Shown: one piece after another, positions 25,380 through 38,914 of the stretch | How positions within the stretch are numbered: position 1 is the stretch's first letter | Layout of the letters: each line of letters begins with the position of its first letter | Assembly (NCBI GenBank): GCA_030141605.1 | Contig: JAQGDQ010000841.1 | Span: 24,817-88,816 of the forward strand | Direction: 5' to 3' | Length of the DNA: 64,000 nucleotides | DNA from: Tubiluchus corallicola | Lineage: Eukaryota; Animalia; Priapulida | Program-made: the position numbers and the translations under genes | The notes under the pieces: generated by a model | What the model was told of the DNA's origin: nothing | The model's database searches: none | Seen by the model: only the letters and a program-made list of their open reading frames with translations

Positions 25380-27890
25380 GCTAAGCTCGTGTGTGCTGCC
25401 ACCTATAGGAGCATCATTTAAAATACGTTAGTCAAAGCTATTACTAGTTATTAATTTTTTCTAATTTAGATATTAGAGCAAAGCTTATGAATTACACTAC
25501 TGTGTACTAGGTTACGCATACTCTGGTTTGAGCTATAAGCTTGTGTGTGCTGCCACCTACAGGAGTGTCATTTAAAATACGTTAGTCAAAGCTATTGCTA
25601 GTTATTAATTTTTTTAATTTAGATGTTAGAGCAAAGCTTATAGATTAGTACGACTATGTACTATAGATTACACATACTCTGGTTTGATCTGAAAGCTTGT
25701 GTGTGCTGCCACCTATAGGAGTATCATTTAAAATATGCTAGTCAAAGTTATTGCTAATTATTAATTTTTCTAATTTAGATATTAGAGCAAAGCTTATGAA
25801 TTACACTACTGTGTACTAGGTTACACATACGCTGGTTTGAGCTAAAAGCTTGTGTGTGCTGCCACCTACAGGAGCGTCATTTAAAATACGTTAGTCAAAG
25901 CTATTGCTAGTTATTAATTTTTTTAATTTAGATGTTAGAGCAAAGCTTATAGATTAGTACGACTATGTACTATAGATTACACATACTCTGGTTTGATCTG
26001 TAAGCTTGTGTGTGGTGCCACCTATAGGAGCATCATTTAAAATATGCTAGTCAAAGCTATTGCTAGTTATTAATTTTTTTAATTTAGATGTTAGAGCAAA
26101 GCTTATAGATTAGTACGACTATGTACTATAGATTACACATACTCTGGTTTGATCTATAAGTTTGTGTGTGCTGCCACCTATAGGAGCATCATTTAAAATA
26201 TGCTAGTCAAAGCTATTGCTAGTTATTAATTTTTCTAATTTAGATGTTAGAGCAAAGCTTATATATTAGTACGACTATGTACTAGATTACACATACTCTG
26301 GTTTGATCTAAAAGCTTGTGTGTGCTGCCACCTATAGGAGCATCATTTAAAATATGCTAGTCAAAGCTATTGCTAGTTATTAATTTTTTAAATTTAGATG
26401 CTAGAGCAAAGCTTATGAATTAACACTACTGTGTACTAGATTACCCGTACTCTGGTTTGATCTATAAGCTTGTGTGTGCTGCCACCTATAGAAGCGTGTT
26501 TTAAAATATGTTAGTCAAAGCTATTGCTAGTTATTAATTTTTCTAATTTAGATATTAGAGCAAAGCTTATGAATTACACTACTGTGTACTAGGTTACACA
26601 TACCCCGGTTTGAGCTAAAAGCTTGTGTGTGCTGCCACCTATAGGAGCATCATTTAAAACATGTTAGTCAAAGCTATTGCTAGTTATTAATTTTTCTAAT
26701 TTAGATGTTAGAGCAAAGCTTATAGATTAGTACGACTATGTACTATAGATTACACATACTCTGGTTTGATCTATAAGCTTGTGTGTGCTGCCACCTATAG
26801 GAGCATCATTTAAAATATGCTAGTCAAAGCTATTGCTAGTTATTAATTTTTCTAATTTAGATGTTAGAGCAAAGCTTATATATTAGTACGACTATGTACT
26901 AGATTACACATACTCTGGTTTGATCTAAAAGCTTGTGTGTGCTGCCACCTATAGGAGCATCATTTAAAATATGCTAGTCAAAGCTATTGCTAGTTATTAA
27001 TTTTTCTAATTTAGATGTTAGAGCAAAGCTTATAGATTAGTACGACTATGTACTATAGATTACACATACTCTGGTTTGATCTATAAGCTTGTGTGTGCTG
27101 CCACCTACAGGAGCATCATTTAAAATATGCTAGTCAAAGCTATTGCTAGTTATTAATTTTTCTAATTTAGATGTTAGAGCAAAGCTTATATATTAGTACG
27201 ACTATGTACTAGATTACACATACTCTGGTTTGATCTAAAAGCTTGTGTGTGCTGCCACCTATAGGAGCATCATCTAAAATATGCTAGTCAAAGCTATTGC
27301 TAGTTATTAATTTTTCTAATTTAGATGTTAGAGCAAAGCTTATGAATTACACTACTGTGTACTAGGTTACACATACTCTGGTTTGATCTAAAAGCTTGTG
27401 TGTGCTGCCACCTACAGGAGCATCATTTAAAATATGCTAGTCAAAGCTATTGCTAGTTATTAATTTTTCTAATTTAGATATTAGAGCAAAGCTTATGAAT
27501 TACCACTACTGTGTACTAGTTTACCCGTACTCTGGTTTGATCTAAAAGCTTGTGTGTGCTGCCACCTATAGGAGCGTTTTTTTAAAATATGTTAGTCAAC
27601 GCTATTGATAGTTATTTATATTTCTAATTTCGATGTTAAAGCAAAGCTTATGGATTAGTACGACTATGTACTAGATTACACATACTCTGGTTTAATCTAA
27701 AGCTTGTGTGTGCTGCCACCTATAGGAGCATCATTTAAAATATGGTAGTCAAAGCTATTACTAGTTATTAATTTTTTTATTTTAGATGCTAGAGCAAAGC
27801 TTATAGATTACTACTACTAAGTACTAGATTACACATACTCAGGCTAGAGGCTGCAAAGCTTGTGTGTGCTGCCATCCATAGGAGCGTAAT
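25380..27890. repeat. ~154-157-bp satellite, ~16 copies
   Basis: AAGCTTGTGTGTGCTGCCACCTATAGGAG recurring. Confidence 0.95.
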
Positions 27891-28317
27891 GAAATTACTT
27901 TTTAATATGCTATTTACTGAGCAGACATTCATGACGCGTCAAATGAATTTTCTTGCTCACAGGTTTTTGAAATGTTTAGCCAAAATCCCTGGAAGGAAAT
28001 GGGATAGAGGATGGAAATGGAAATGGGATAGAGGACTTGACATAAACCCAGAAAACATTTTTATTTTTGAGATAGTTTTGAAGACATATTTTAAAAGTAA
28101 CCATGTTTTCAGCCAAACATTCAAGGTTCGATTCCTGCCTGCATTTATAATTCTGAAGAAACACATTTTTGTGTCACCGATTCATGGAAAATAAAATAAA
28201 ACAACAAAAAGAAATAGTTTCTAAAAAAAATGTTGGGTTTCCGAACAAACGTTGGGCATTTGCAACTGTGGTATCTTAATTGTATCCTGCCTAGTGCTGC
28301 CATCTTTCAACAGTTAA

Positions 28318-28815
28318 AGCAAAACTGGACCCAATGTTAAATTGTAGGTCAAAATAATTTACTCTTTAAAATATTGAAAGGAAACATGCTATTTTTTCAA
28401 AAATGACTTATGTGAAAGAATCATTACCACACAAACACAATTTCACGTTCGCGCCACTAGTTCTACACTGTTACATGCATTTTGCTATTCGTTATTTAGA
28501 CGGGCACCAGCGCCTGCATTTCGGAAACACATTGCAAAAAACAGTTGCTGTACTTGTCAGTTTAGATGTGTTAGTCTGTGAGGAACTGCACACGTTCGAC
28601 ACCTCATGCGTAAATCTGCAAATTTTGAATATTTATCTTAAAACTTGCCTAGTTTTAGTACAACACAATGAATATTTTCCATAGCACTGTACTTCAATTT
28701 TCTCTTTCGCAAACACATGCAACACACTCATGGAATATTTTTGCTGTTGAAAATTATGTTAGTTTGTGATGTCATCACCAGTTGGGCTCGCCTGCTGTTA
28801 ATTAAGTTTTTAATC
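28318..28815. mobile_element. Kolobok-like MITE family, truncated copy
   Basis: TTAA|AGCAAAACTGGACCC start and shared body. Confidence 0.6.
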
Positions 28816-28824
28816 TATTATTGA

Positions 28825-28885
28825 TGGTGGTGGTGGCGGTGGCGGCTGTGGTGGTGGGTGGTAGTAGTAGTAGTAGTTTATTGTC

Positions 28886-28917
<32 letters not shown>

Positions 28918-28960
28918 CGTGTGCGTGTGTGTGTGTGTGTGCGTGTGTGTGTGTGTGTGT

Positions 28961-29002
<42 letters not shown>
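28825..29002. repeat. (GGT)/(AGT)/(AT)/(GT) microsatellites
   Basis: Direct reading. Confidence 0.85.
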
Positions 29003-29007
<5 letters not shown>

Positions 29008-29069
29008 CATATAAATATTCATATCGCAAAACGACTTAACGATACAATAATATGAGCAGTAAACATATC

Positions 29070-29346
29070 CACTTACGCTAACAACAAAGTTGTAGCTAAA
29101 AAAGATATTATGCTTATTTACAATTGTTAGATATTTAAAAACTATATCAGTATCATTTAAAAGTGTATACAAGTTCAAATAAAAACTACATTCGTTACGA
29201 AAATAGTTAGTTCTAGTACAATCAAAAATAAAGTGTTTTTCATCTTCCAAAACGTGCCAATGATTACATAAACACTGGTCCCTAGGGATGCTTCTCTTAC
29301 TTCCTAATTCAAACTTCAAATTGTGTGAACCTGCCCTTAATGTCAC
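29070..29346 (-). mobile_element. LINE 3' end with C-terminal Zn-knuckle remnant
   Basis: LRAGSHNLKFELG..IPRDQCLC..LEDEKHFIFDC. Confidence 0.65.
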
Positions 29347-29559
29347 ACATTAAGTACTGTGGCTTCTCTAAGTTTTTTTTAATCATTAAGTAAGAGATAT
29401 TGTTCTGTTGTTGTTTCTTATTTCACCATGTACGTCAATTACGTAATGTCACTAATATAGTTTATTACGTCACTAGAGCAGCGTGCAATCAAATCCGACC
29501 CAATCGGTCATGCAAACTAACCTGTTCATGTACAAATATGTTAATAATCTTTCGCTTAA

Positions 29560-29790
29560 TATGTATCACCATTTTTTCAGTTATAATAGCAGTATGTAGT
29601 CATATCAAAACTATCATAACAATACCACAAATTCCATATTCCTAAGTGCAGAATAAACGTTGTGAAACAGTCAGTCATGTATAATGGTGCCGTAACGTGG
29701 AATAATTTACCCAGTAAAATAAAACAAGCCGATAATATAAATAAATTTAAGAAACTTTTAAACAAATATTTACTAGAAAATATGTTATAC
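29560..29790 (+). mobile_element. CR1/L2-group LINE 3' end remnant
   Basis: SVMYNGAVTWNNLPSKIKQADNINKFKKLLNKYLL. Confidence 0.65.
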
Positions 29791-31235
29791 TACTAACCGG
29801 ATTTCCGGACTCGTGTTTGCATATAAACTTTATTCATCGCATAATTATGTATTAGAATTTTGCTTACAGAAATAAATTTCCATCGCGTAATCAGGGCGCA
29901 TCAAGACTTTACGGGGCACTAGACTGATAGTTCTGACCCGCCCATCTCTATTGTGAATTTTTGGTTGTTTATATAATGAGCAGATTAAACAATTACTTAT
30001 GGCGTATTAGAAACACTATTAATCTAGTTTCTACGTGGTCATTATTAATTACGTGTACTTGCATGGTGTATAAACTGCTTGTTGTGTAATACCTTCAACC
30101 TATATGTGGTATTTATATAGAAGCTGTCCTTAGTAACTGCTTGTGGTGCGTTATAAAATGTGCCCTTTACATGAATATGAATCTACATATACATATTTTC
30201 TGAGGAGAAGAAGGATTCTTTTCTAAAATGTGACGCCCCTCAAACTTTGGCGCTCTAGACTATAACCTAGTTAACCTATTGGCTAATACGCCCCTGCTGG
30301 CATGATCAAGCAAAAGAATTCTGCTTACATAGGCAAAATTTCCACATTTTAATAGAATGGAGTTTACTTTAACACAACAGGTAATGTCTAAAATTTAAAC
30401 ACAAGCAAGTATTACGTCTGCCGTGGTGGTACACAGTAGGAGTACATGATCCTTTTAGCTGACGGACACGTTGAAAAGCTACAGTTAACTCACAGACAGT
30501 AACTCTGGCAGTAATTGTTATAGGCGTAACTATAGGATTCCATGTCTTGTACAGCTTGTCCAGCAAGCGGGTAAGTGAGCGAAAAAATGACCTTTAAATT
30601 CGTTTAAACAAACTGTAACAATTTTATTAAAGGGAAAGAAAAGTAAAATCTGCCCATAAAAACTTTCCACACAAAGTTATGACAATTTAATTTAAATACT
30701 AATTATTAAAGTTTTCATTTAAATAACTAATAAAACTAACAGGAAGATTTAATAATATCTGTTTTAGTAGTAATTGTTTTGTTTGTATATAGTGTCATTA
30801 TACTTCAAAATTGAAATTGTATGTATGTGTTCTTGTTTTTTTTGTATATTTCAAAATTGAAATTGTATGTATGTGTTCCTGTTTTTCTCGCATTGTATGT
30901 ATTTTTGACACTAATAAATAACTATCTACCTATATCATTTAGCTTTACGCTTACCTGCATGACAGATTAACGTACCTAGAAGAAAGGTAATTCTGTGCAA
31001 TTTAAAATATTCGCGTTGTGGTAAAACGTCACTGTATCACCCATCCCAGTGTGCACCACTGATTCACCAAGAAACACATTAATAATTTTACTGGCAACAA
31101 AATGTAATTTAAACTTTTGCTTAGTTAGTGACTTAAAGGAACCGACGGAAAGGTACAACTAGAAACATTACATTGGTAATTAATGTTCTTTTTCTCACTC
31201 CCTGATGACAACCAAATGAGAACGTCTACGCTTAA

Positions 31236-31691
31236 CCCTTTCATACCCGTTGTATCCCGTGGGATACGTGAACATTTTCTGCCTTTAAAATTAATAAAAT
31301 TTTAAAAATGACAGTTATTTGATCAGTTAATAGTTATTTTGATTTAAGCCAATAACAATAGACTAAAAATGGTGATAAAATGGCAAACTAGAAAATCTAC
31401 ATAGCATAAAAAACTGCGCAAGGTACAGTACTTTACAGACGACTTTGTACAGATCAGCATAGCATGCATACTAAATGTCTTAAATACTTTTAAAAATTAT
31501 CAGCAGTTGCAAAATGAAGCACATTTTATGCTTCCTTTGAATCCCAATGTATCCCTTGGGATACAGGCTATATTTAGCACGCGGGCACAGGTAGAAAATA
31601 ATTATTATGTGTAAATAAGATGAACACACTGAACAAAAGTACCAAGCCAAAAAAATTTTTCTTATTAAAAAATAATTAGGGACTGAAAGGG
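31236..31691. mobile_element. piggyBac-type MITE
   Basis: TTAA|CCCTTTCA ... TGAAAGGG|TTAA; internal TGTATCCC..GGGATAC motifs near both ends. Confidence 0.85.
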
Positions 31692-32017
31692 TTAATGAAT
31701 CTGTTGAAAAAACATGAAGTTAAGAAAAGCTTGTGAAATTAGCACAACACATTGCAATACATCCATAATAAAATTAAGCACATGAAAATTACACACAAAT
31801 TATACTTTAAAATTAACAATACATGTGAAATAAGCTATACTAATGATCAAATGTTAGATTAAAACACGCTACTCATACACGTATATGTTTGAAACACAAT
31901 AGCATACTTTAAAAGGTATAAATAGGTTGTTAAAAAGAAATTAAGGCAAAAATCCTTTCAGTACGGCCATTTTTAATTGCCTTTGCGTCGCTTTGAATCT
32001 ACACGATTATGTAGTAA

Positions 32018-32207
32018 TGAACGGAAGTGGTGCTGACAAGCCACTGGCGTAGCAGTTTCTAGTTTTTTTGCTGGATTACTGCTGCATTTACTGAAGGCAG
32101 ATTTCTTTTATTTTAGAATTCAGCCTGCCCAATGTCTACAATAGACGTGACGGGCGTATGATATGATGATGATGATGATGGTGATGATGATTATGATGAT
32201 GATGATG
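32018..32207 (+). mobile_element. Short RTE-type retroposon, copy 2
   Basis: TSD ATGTAGTAA on both sides (32009-17, 32208-16); (GAT)n tail. Confidence 0.75.
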
Positions 32208-32288
32208 ATGTAGTAACCGCCACTAAGCTGCAACGTTGCTTTGCCGTATTCACTTCTAAGTTTAGTTAGCCAGACGCTTGACAGCCAT

Positions 32289-32889
32289 ATGTGCAGGTGA
32301 AACATTACTTTTTTTCCGTATATTTTTATGGCGGGACATTAAAAAGTAACTTATTCGTTACAGAAACGAGTTCAGAGGTGGGGATCACATATACGTACGT
32401 AGAGGCGTGTCGATCGTCCATCATGGTATCTACATCGGTGGAGACGAAGTTATTTATCTAAGTCCTGGCGACCACGAGAACGAAGATGGCGTTTATCGTA
32501 GTTCGCTGCATGAATTTCTTCAAGGCGGAACACCGAAGAAATACGAGTACAATTGTTCCAGAAACGAAGTTGTCATCAAACCCTCGGGTACTTGCTGCAT
32601 CCACGCGAGAGATCTTCCTCCGGCTGTGGTCAGGAGAGCGCTGGATTTTTACAAGAATGGAAATTACATGGAAAAATGTGGCGGGTGGAGCGACACTGAG
32701 AACAATTCGGAGACGTTTGCTTTGGTCTGCACTTTGGGGGATAATATTGTAAAGAAGTACCCCGGGATGACAAAGAGAAGGCAGTTACCCCGACAGGTTG
32801 GAGGGCGCGTGGCTTCTGAAGTAGCCAATCAGACATTGTTTCTCACAGTAAGACGTGCTGTCAATACTGTACTCAATAAGATTTTTTAA
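32289..32889 (+). CDS. LRAT/NlpC-P60 (NC-domain) protein, FAM84/LRATD-like, catalytic Cys replaced by Ser
   Basis: Main exon 32364-32889: GDHIYVRR..HHGIYIGGDEVI..SLHEFLQG..VVRRA..NNSETFALVCTLG; putative start exon ATGTGCAG|GT at 32289-32296 is phase-compatible. Confidence 0.75.
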
Positions 32890-32926
32890 ATAAACAGATC
32901 AGTATATTTGTGTTTATAGTACTGGC

Positions 32927-35106
32927 TAGAGTTGCCACTCGTGACTTGGTCGGCAGCCTAGAGTTGCCACCACTCGTGACTTGCCAAGGGTTGCCACGTT
33001 TTGTGACTTGGTCTAGGGTTGCCACCACTCGTGACTTACCAAGGGTTGCCACGTTTTGTGACTTGGTCTAGGGTTGCCACCACGTTTTGTGACTTTTGCC
33101 TAGGGTTGCCACGTTTTGTGACTTGGTCTAGGGTTGACACCACTCGTTACTTGCCAAGGGTTGCCACCACTCGTGCTTTGGCTCGAGTCTCCTGAAATTC
33201 AGGCATACATTCGTAGTTCGCTCGGATTTTTGAAAAATTCTTAAATTTCCTGATTTCGACCATTAAAATTTAAATAGAAAGCATCTTGCTTGCTATTGAA
33301 TGATTGCTAAGACGGCGGAATCTTTGTTAAAGGACAAGAAAAGGGGCACCTAAAGTAGATTTCAGAAAAATTGCCTTAAAAAATTATACTACTTTATAGC
33401 AACTTTATGCACATATCGCATTCGCACTGAAAGGAATTTTCGTTTGTTTTCATTTTAAATCTCCCGCGATACTGTTCCGACGGCGCCATTACATGACGTC
33501 ATTACGCCACGTAAATCAGGGGAAGAAAGGGCAATGTTAAATTTTGTACCAAAATACTTTAGGTGCAAATCTATATTACTTAGCATTTCACTTACCTGCT
33601 TGAAAAACTTATGTCACAAGACTAATAATTTAAAATGTTTGTGCCAAATGGTAAAATGTCGCTCACTCACCCTCCAAGGTGCGCCACTCACTAACCAAAA
33701 ACGTATTTTTAACCTTATTGATAAGATACTGTAATTTAAAATTTTACTTAATTACCAACATGCATGCTACGAATGCTCTGATTATTTTTTCAAACTTTAC
33801 AAAATGTTATCTAAACTTGTTTCAAACGACCTACGATTAAAATGGCTGCGCCTAACGGTCATCGCGGGAGTTTAAATTTACACGTTTTATACAGCGTTAC
33901 GGCCGATGCAAGCCATGCATACGAAAAGGTAGTATGTAAGTGGTATAAAATTTGGAGACGAATTTTTAAGCTTAATGTAAGTGGAGGATTTTCTTGTGCT
34001 TTAAGTAAAATAGTAAATTTACATGATTACATATTTCACTTACACGAACACAAATCCCGTCTTCATCATTTAAAGCTGTCAACATTGTTGGCCAATTGTT
34101 GCTGCAGCAGCAAGTGTAGCAACACAACTATTCTTCCTGTTCGAATTGTCTTTAATTCACTTAAACCATCTGTTTCCAGAAATCTCAAAAACGTAAGAAA
34201 TGTAATGGAGCTCGTAAGGAACTCCAGAAATTGATCCATTTTTTAGAGTCTAAAATGAAGAAATTTGTACTGCTTTGCTGTTTAATCTCCTTTTACTTTA
34301 GCTTTTGGAAAAGCTCGTAAGACGTCTAAAAGACAAGAAACGCCTCAGCCCCCGACCCCTTAGCTGGTTCTTAACACCTGATTTTGGTTCGTGACGAGAT
34401 GGCAACCCTAGTGTTGGCTCTTAACACCTGATTTTGGTTCGTGACGAGGTGGCAACCCTAGTGCTGGCTCTTAACACCTGATTTTGGTTCGTGACGAGGT
34501 GGCAACCCTAGTGTGGCTCTTAACACCTGATTTTGGTTCGTGACGAGGTGGCAACCCTAGTGCTGGCTCTTAACACCTGATTTTGGTTCGTACGAGTGGC
34601 AACCCTAGTGTGGCTCTTAACACCTGATTTTGGTTCGTGACGAGATGGCAACCCTAGTGCTGGCTCTTAACACCTGATTTTGGTTCGTGACGAGGTGGCA
34701 ACCCTAGTGCTGGCTCTTAACACCTGATTTTGGTTCGTGACGAGGTGGCAACCCTAGTGCTGGCTCTTAACACCTGATTTTGGTTCGTGACGAGGTGGCA
34801 ACCCTAGTGCTGGCTCTTAACACCTGATTTTGGTTCGTGACGAGCTGGCAACCCTAGTGTTGGCTCTTAACACCTGATTTTGGTTCGTGACGAGGTGGCA
34901 ACCCTAGTGCTGGCTCTTAACACCTGATTTTGGTTCGTGACGAGGTGGCAACCCTAGTGCTGGCTCTTAACACCTGATTTTGGTTCGTGACGAGGTGGCA
35001 ACCCTAGTGCTGGCTCTTAACACCTGATTTTGGTTCGTGACGAGGTGGCAACCCTAGTGCTGGCTCTTAACACCTGATTTTGGTTCGTAACGAGGTGACA
35101 ACCCTA
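32927..35106. mobile_element. Non-autonomous hAT-like element with amplified termini
   Basis: TIR TAGGGTTGCCA / TGGCAACCCTA; 8-bp TSD GTACTGGC (32919-26) / GTGCTGGC (35107-14). Confidence 0.75.
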
Positions 35107-35114
35107 GTGCTGGC
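34368..35114. repeat. 50-bp tandem repeat, ~15 copies (right TIR + TSD of the hAT element)
   Basis: Unit TCTTAACACCTGATTTTGGTTCGTGACGAGGTGGCAACCCTAGTGCTGGC. Confidence 0.95.
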
Positions 35115-35228
35115 TTTCTTTTAAACATTGTGTTTTGACTGTAAACTTTTAAATTATAATATTATAATCAGATCAGCCGCGCTTTTAATATCCAAAAAAA
35201 TAGATTGCTAGCCTGAATATCCAACGTA

Positions 35229-35641
35229 CAGTACAATCCACTTATAACGAGGGATGTTATAACGACCCTCTGGTTACTACGAGTAAATTTCCTAAAATCC
35301 CGTCAAATCTTGGGCTTTTACATTATATCTAAACCTTGCTTACACCGAGCTCCGATATTACGAGTTTTTGTTTATTACGAGGGAATTTTCCCGCCCCTTT
35401 GATAAGATATAAGATCCCTGCATATAACAACCATGAATTCTAAAACAATGGGCAATTACCATTAATTTTACTCGTTTGTGATATCAACCTTATAGGCTTC
35501 GTTTCTGTAATGTGCACACATTCAAACAAATGACATCTGTTATAACAAGCAAATTTTCACAGTCCGAAAAAATGAGGACAAACTGAGCTCATAATTACAA
35601 ACATTGGGCCACACTCAGTTTATAACAGAGAGGTCGTACTG
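35229..35641. mobile_element. Tc1/mariner (pogo/Tigger-like) MITE
   Basis: TA|CAGTACAATCCACTTATAACG ... TTATAACAGAGAGGTCGTACTG; internal TTATAACGAG subrepeats. Confidence 0.6.
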
Positions 35642-35689
35642 AGCTCATAATTATGAAGTCCCTATGAGCTCATGAAAATGACGTCATGG

Positions 35690-36712
35690 CCTGAGTCTCT
35701 GTGAGCTCATGACTTGAGCTCAGCATGATGTCATGCTATGAGGTCTCTGTGAGCTCATGACTTGAGCTCAGTATGATGTCATGCTATGAGGTCTCTGTGA
35801 GCTCATGACTTGAGCTCAGTATGATGTCATGCTATGAGGTCTCTGTGAGCTCATGACTTGAGCTCAGTATGATGTCATGCTATGAGGTCTCTGTGAGCTC
35901 ATGACTTGAGCTCAGCATGATGTCATGCCATGAGGTCTCTGTGAGCTCATGACTTGAGCTCAGCATGTGTCATGCCATGAGGTCTCTGTGAGCTCATGAC
36001 TTGAAGCTCAGCATGATGTCATGCCATGAGGTCTCTGTGAGCTCATGACTTGAGCTCAGTATGATGTCATGCTATGAGGTCTCTGTGAGCTCATGACTTG
36101 AGCTCAGTATGATGTCATGCTATGAGGTCTCTGTGAGCTCATGACTTGAGCTCAGTATAATGTCATGCCACGAGGTCTCTGTGAGCTCATGACTTGAGCT
36201 CAGTATGATGTCATGCTATGAGGTCTCTGTGAGCTCATGACTTGAGCTCAGTATGATGTCATGTTATGAGGTCTCTGTGAGCTCATGACTTGAGCTCAGC
36301 GTGATGTCATGCCATGAGGTCTCTGTGAGCTCATGACTTGAGCTCAGCATGATGTCATGCTATGAGGTCTCTGTGAGCTCATGACTTGAGCTCAGTATGA
36401 TGTCATGCTATGAGGTCTCTGTGAGCTCATGACTTGAGCTCAGTATGATGTCATGCTATGAGGTCTCTGTGAGCTCATGACTTGAGCTCAGTATGATGTC
36501 ATGCCACGAGGTCTCTGTGAGCTCATGACTTGAGCTCAGCATGTGTCATGCCATGAGGTCTCTGTGAGCTCATGACTTGAGCTCAGCATGATGTCATGCC
36601 ATGAGGTCTCTGTGAGCTCATGACTTGAAGCTCAGCATGATGTCATGCCATGAGGACTCTGTGAGCTCATGACTTGAGCTCAGCATGATGTCATGCCATG
36701 AGGTCTCTGTGA
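35690..36712. repeat. 48-bp tandem repeat, ~21 copies
   Basis: Unit GAGGTCTCTGTGAGCTCATGACTTGAGCTCAGTATGATGTCATGCTAT. Confidence 0.95.
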
Positions 36713-38666
36713 CCATCTAGGTCTTAGAATATTGCATTAAAACGTGGCGCCTTTTGAGTATGATACAGCAGGTCATAGGATATTGCACTAAAACTTAGCG
36801 CCAATTGTTTGCGTTACTTTATTCGCGAATCTAGCAATCACACTCGGCATTAATTTCAGATAACTGTGCGAGTCAGATAAATTTTCTTTTAGCACTAGTG
36901 ACGATATGTATTTCAAAACAATCTTTTTGCCCCAATGAAAAGAAAAATACTTATTTAATTAATAACTTTCTCGTTCCTTGTTTGATGACTATATATATAT
37001 ATATATATTAATTCTTTATTTGTCATAAAAATGGTTCACTCATTATAATAAAATTGAGTAAGCCTCAGCGTAATGTTAAAATAACCACACTGTTCAAGAC
37101 AAATGCGTCCAGTGCATACTAGAAAAACTAAAGTGCAAAACTAAGGCCTAATTATATACAATAAATGGACATATTTACAAACACCATATTAAAATATTTT
37201 TACAAAACAATTTTACGAAAGTACATTAAATTTTACACGACATATTTTACACTATATATACATTTGACATGACACAATTAACAGAAACATGCTTTACACT
37301 ACATAAATTTCACTCATTACATTTACACTATTTATACATTTGACATGACACAATTAACAGAAACTAGCCACATACATAGTCAGGGCTACTTATAGTCACA
37401 GTGCTAGCCACCAGTAGGGCAGGATTACCCTATAGGCTAGTAAAGGCTGTAGCCTACGGCCCCTTGCAACGTGTTAAGTGGATACTAACTTACTGAGTAA
37501 CTAGTTATGCATGTTTTTAGCTTGCACAATGGAGAATACATTTTGTACACATCAGTTTACATGGTAATTATGAAATGCTACTAACGCTCACTGTAACTCA
37601 CACTATTAGTAATTATGATGTTAATTTTTTCATGAATTATATCCTTATTTTGTTGTATTAACAAAAACTAATTATCAATGTATTTGTAATGCATAAGTAG
37701 ACCTATTTGAATGTCACGAAATAAATCTATAGAATTGAATTGAAAAAAGACTCGGATAAGCTTTTAAAAAACTTAATATTTCCACATTATAATCATTTCA
37801 ACATACTTAGTCTGTAAGATGAATTGTTAAATTATCTATATAATGTTATATCGTACGTCTTTTGGCTAGCTGGCTACTGAATTGTATTTCGATGTTGTTT
37901 CTAAATTCTGATAAATTTCTTTGTTTTATAACCTTTGATAATGAACAGTTTTGTTAGAAACAGGTCAGCAATAGATTCCACTTTGATGTAATTACATTTA
38001 TTTGCCAAATATGGATAATGAAATTTTATAATTGCTACATGCTTGTCATTTTACTATTGTAACCCATCACCCATCATTGGCACCTGCATCGTATTATAAT
38101 AATGTATTATAACCCGCCTCCTTCCACCCTTCCTGTGTGATCTAACCTTTCTCCCATTTCTATTTTTGTTCACTCATCCATTTTTTTTATCAGGTTCACA
38201 CGACAGTGGGCTTATACAAGCCTTTAGCCCACTAAGCCTTCTCTAGCCCACTGCAGTACAATTATTATTTTATGATAACGATAGTGTATGAAACATAACA
38301 ATTTAATATAGTAGATGTAATAATTTTGATGTCACTTTGTGGTTTATATTGTACTGAATGTGATAATAATAATAAATGAAAAAAAAATAAAATAAAATAA
38401 TTTATCAATCCAGTTAAAATCAAGAAATAATTTATGTTATTTCTTCCAGCACGCTGTATCCGAGCACAATGATTTCAGCATTCGAATACGTAGCAAACAA
38501 TGAACGAAACAATGAGATCAAATTATGTGTACTAGCTCATTAAATATGCAAGATACGAAATGGGCCATTCGCTTCTTTGATTTTACGAGAAAATTTGATA
38601 AACATTCAGCTAGGAGTCTGTTATGAGCAGGTATTAATATGACACTTGCAGATAGATTAATACAAT

Positions 38667-38829
38667 CATCATCATCATCATCATACGCCCGTCACGTCTA
38701 TTGTAGACATTGGGCAGGCAGAATTCTAAAATAAAAGAAATCTGCCTTCATACAGGTAAACGCAGCAGTAATCCAGCAAAAAAACTAGACACTGCTATGC
38801 CAGTGGCTTGTCAGCACCACTACCGAGGC
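38667..38829 (-). mobile_element. Short RTE-type retroposon, copy 3
   Basis: 11-bp TSD ATTAATACAAT (38656-66, 38830-40); (ATC)n on the plus strand. Confidence 0.8.
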
Positions 38830-38914
38830 ATTAATACAATGCCGTAATGTAACTTTGTTTGAGTTTTACGTGTTTCAGCTTTGATTAACAGTTTACTATA
38901 GATGAAAGTTTTAT

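Noticed and set aside
32024-32055. Hammerhead-like CTGACAA-GCC-ACT-GGC-GTAG in the short retroposon
   Set aside because: The core differs from CUGANGA...GAAA at several invariant positions and I found no convincing stems I or III
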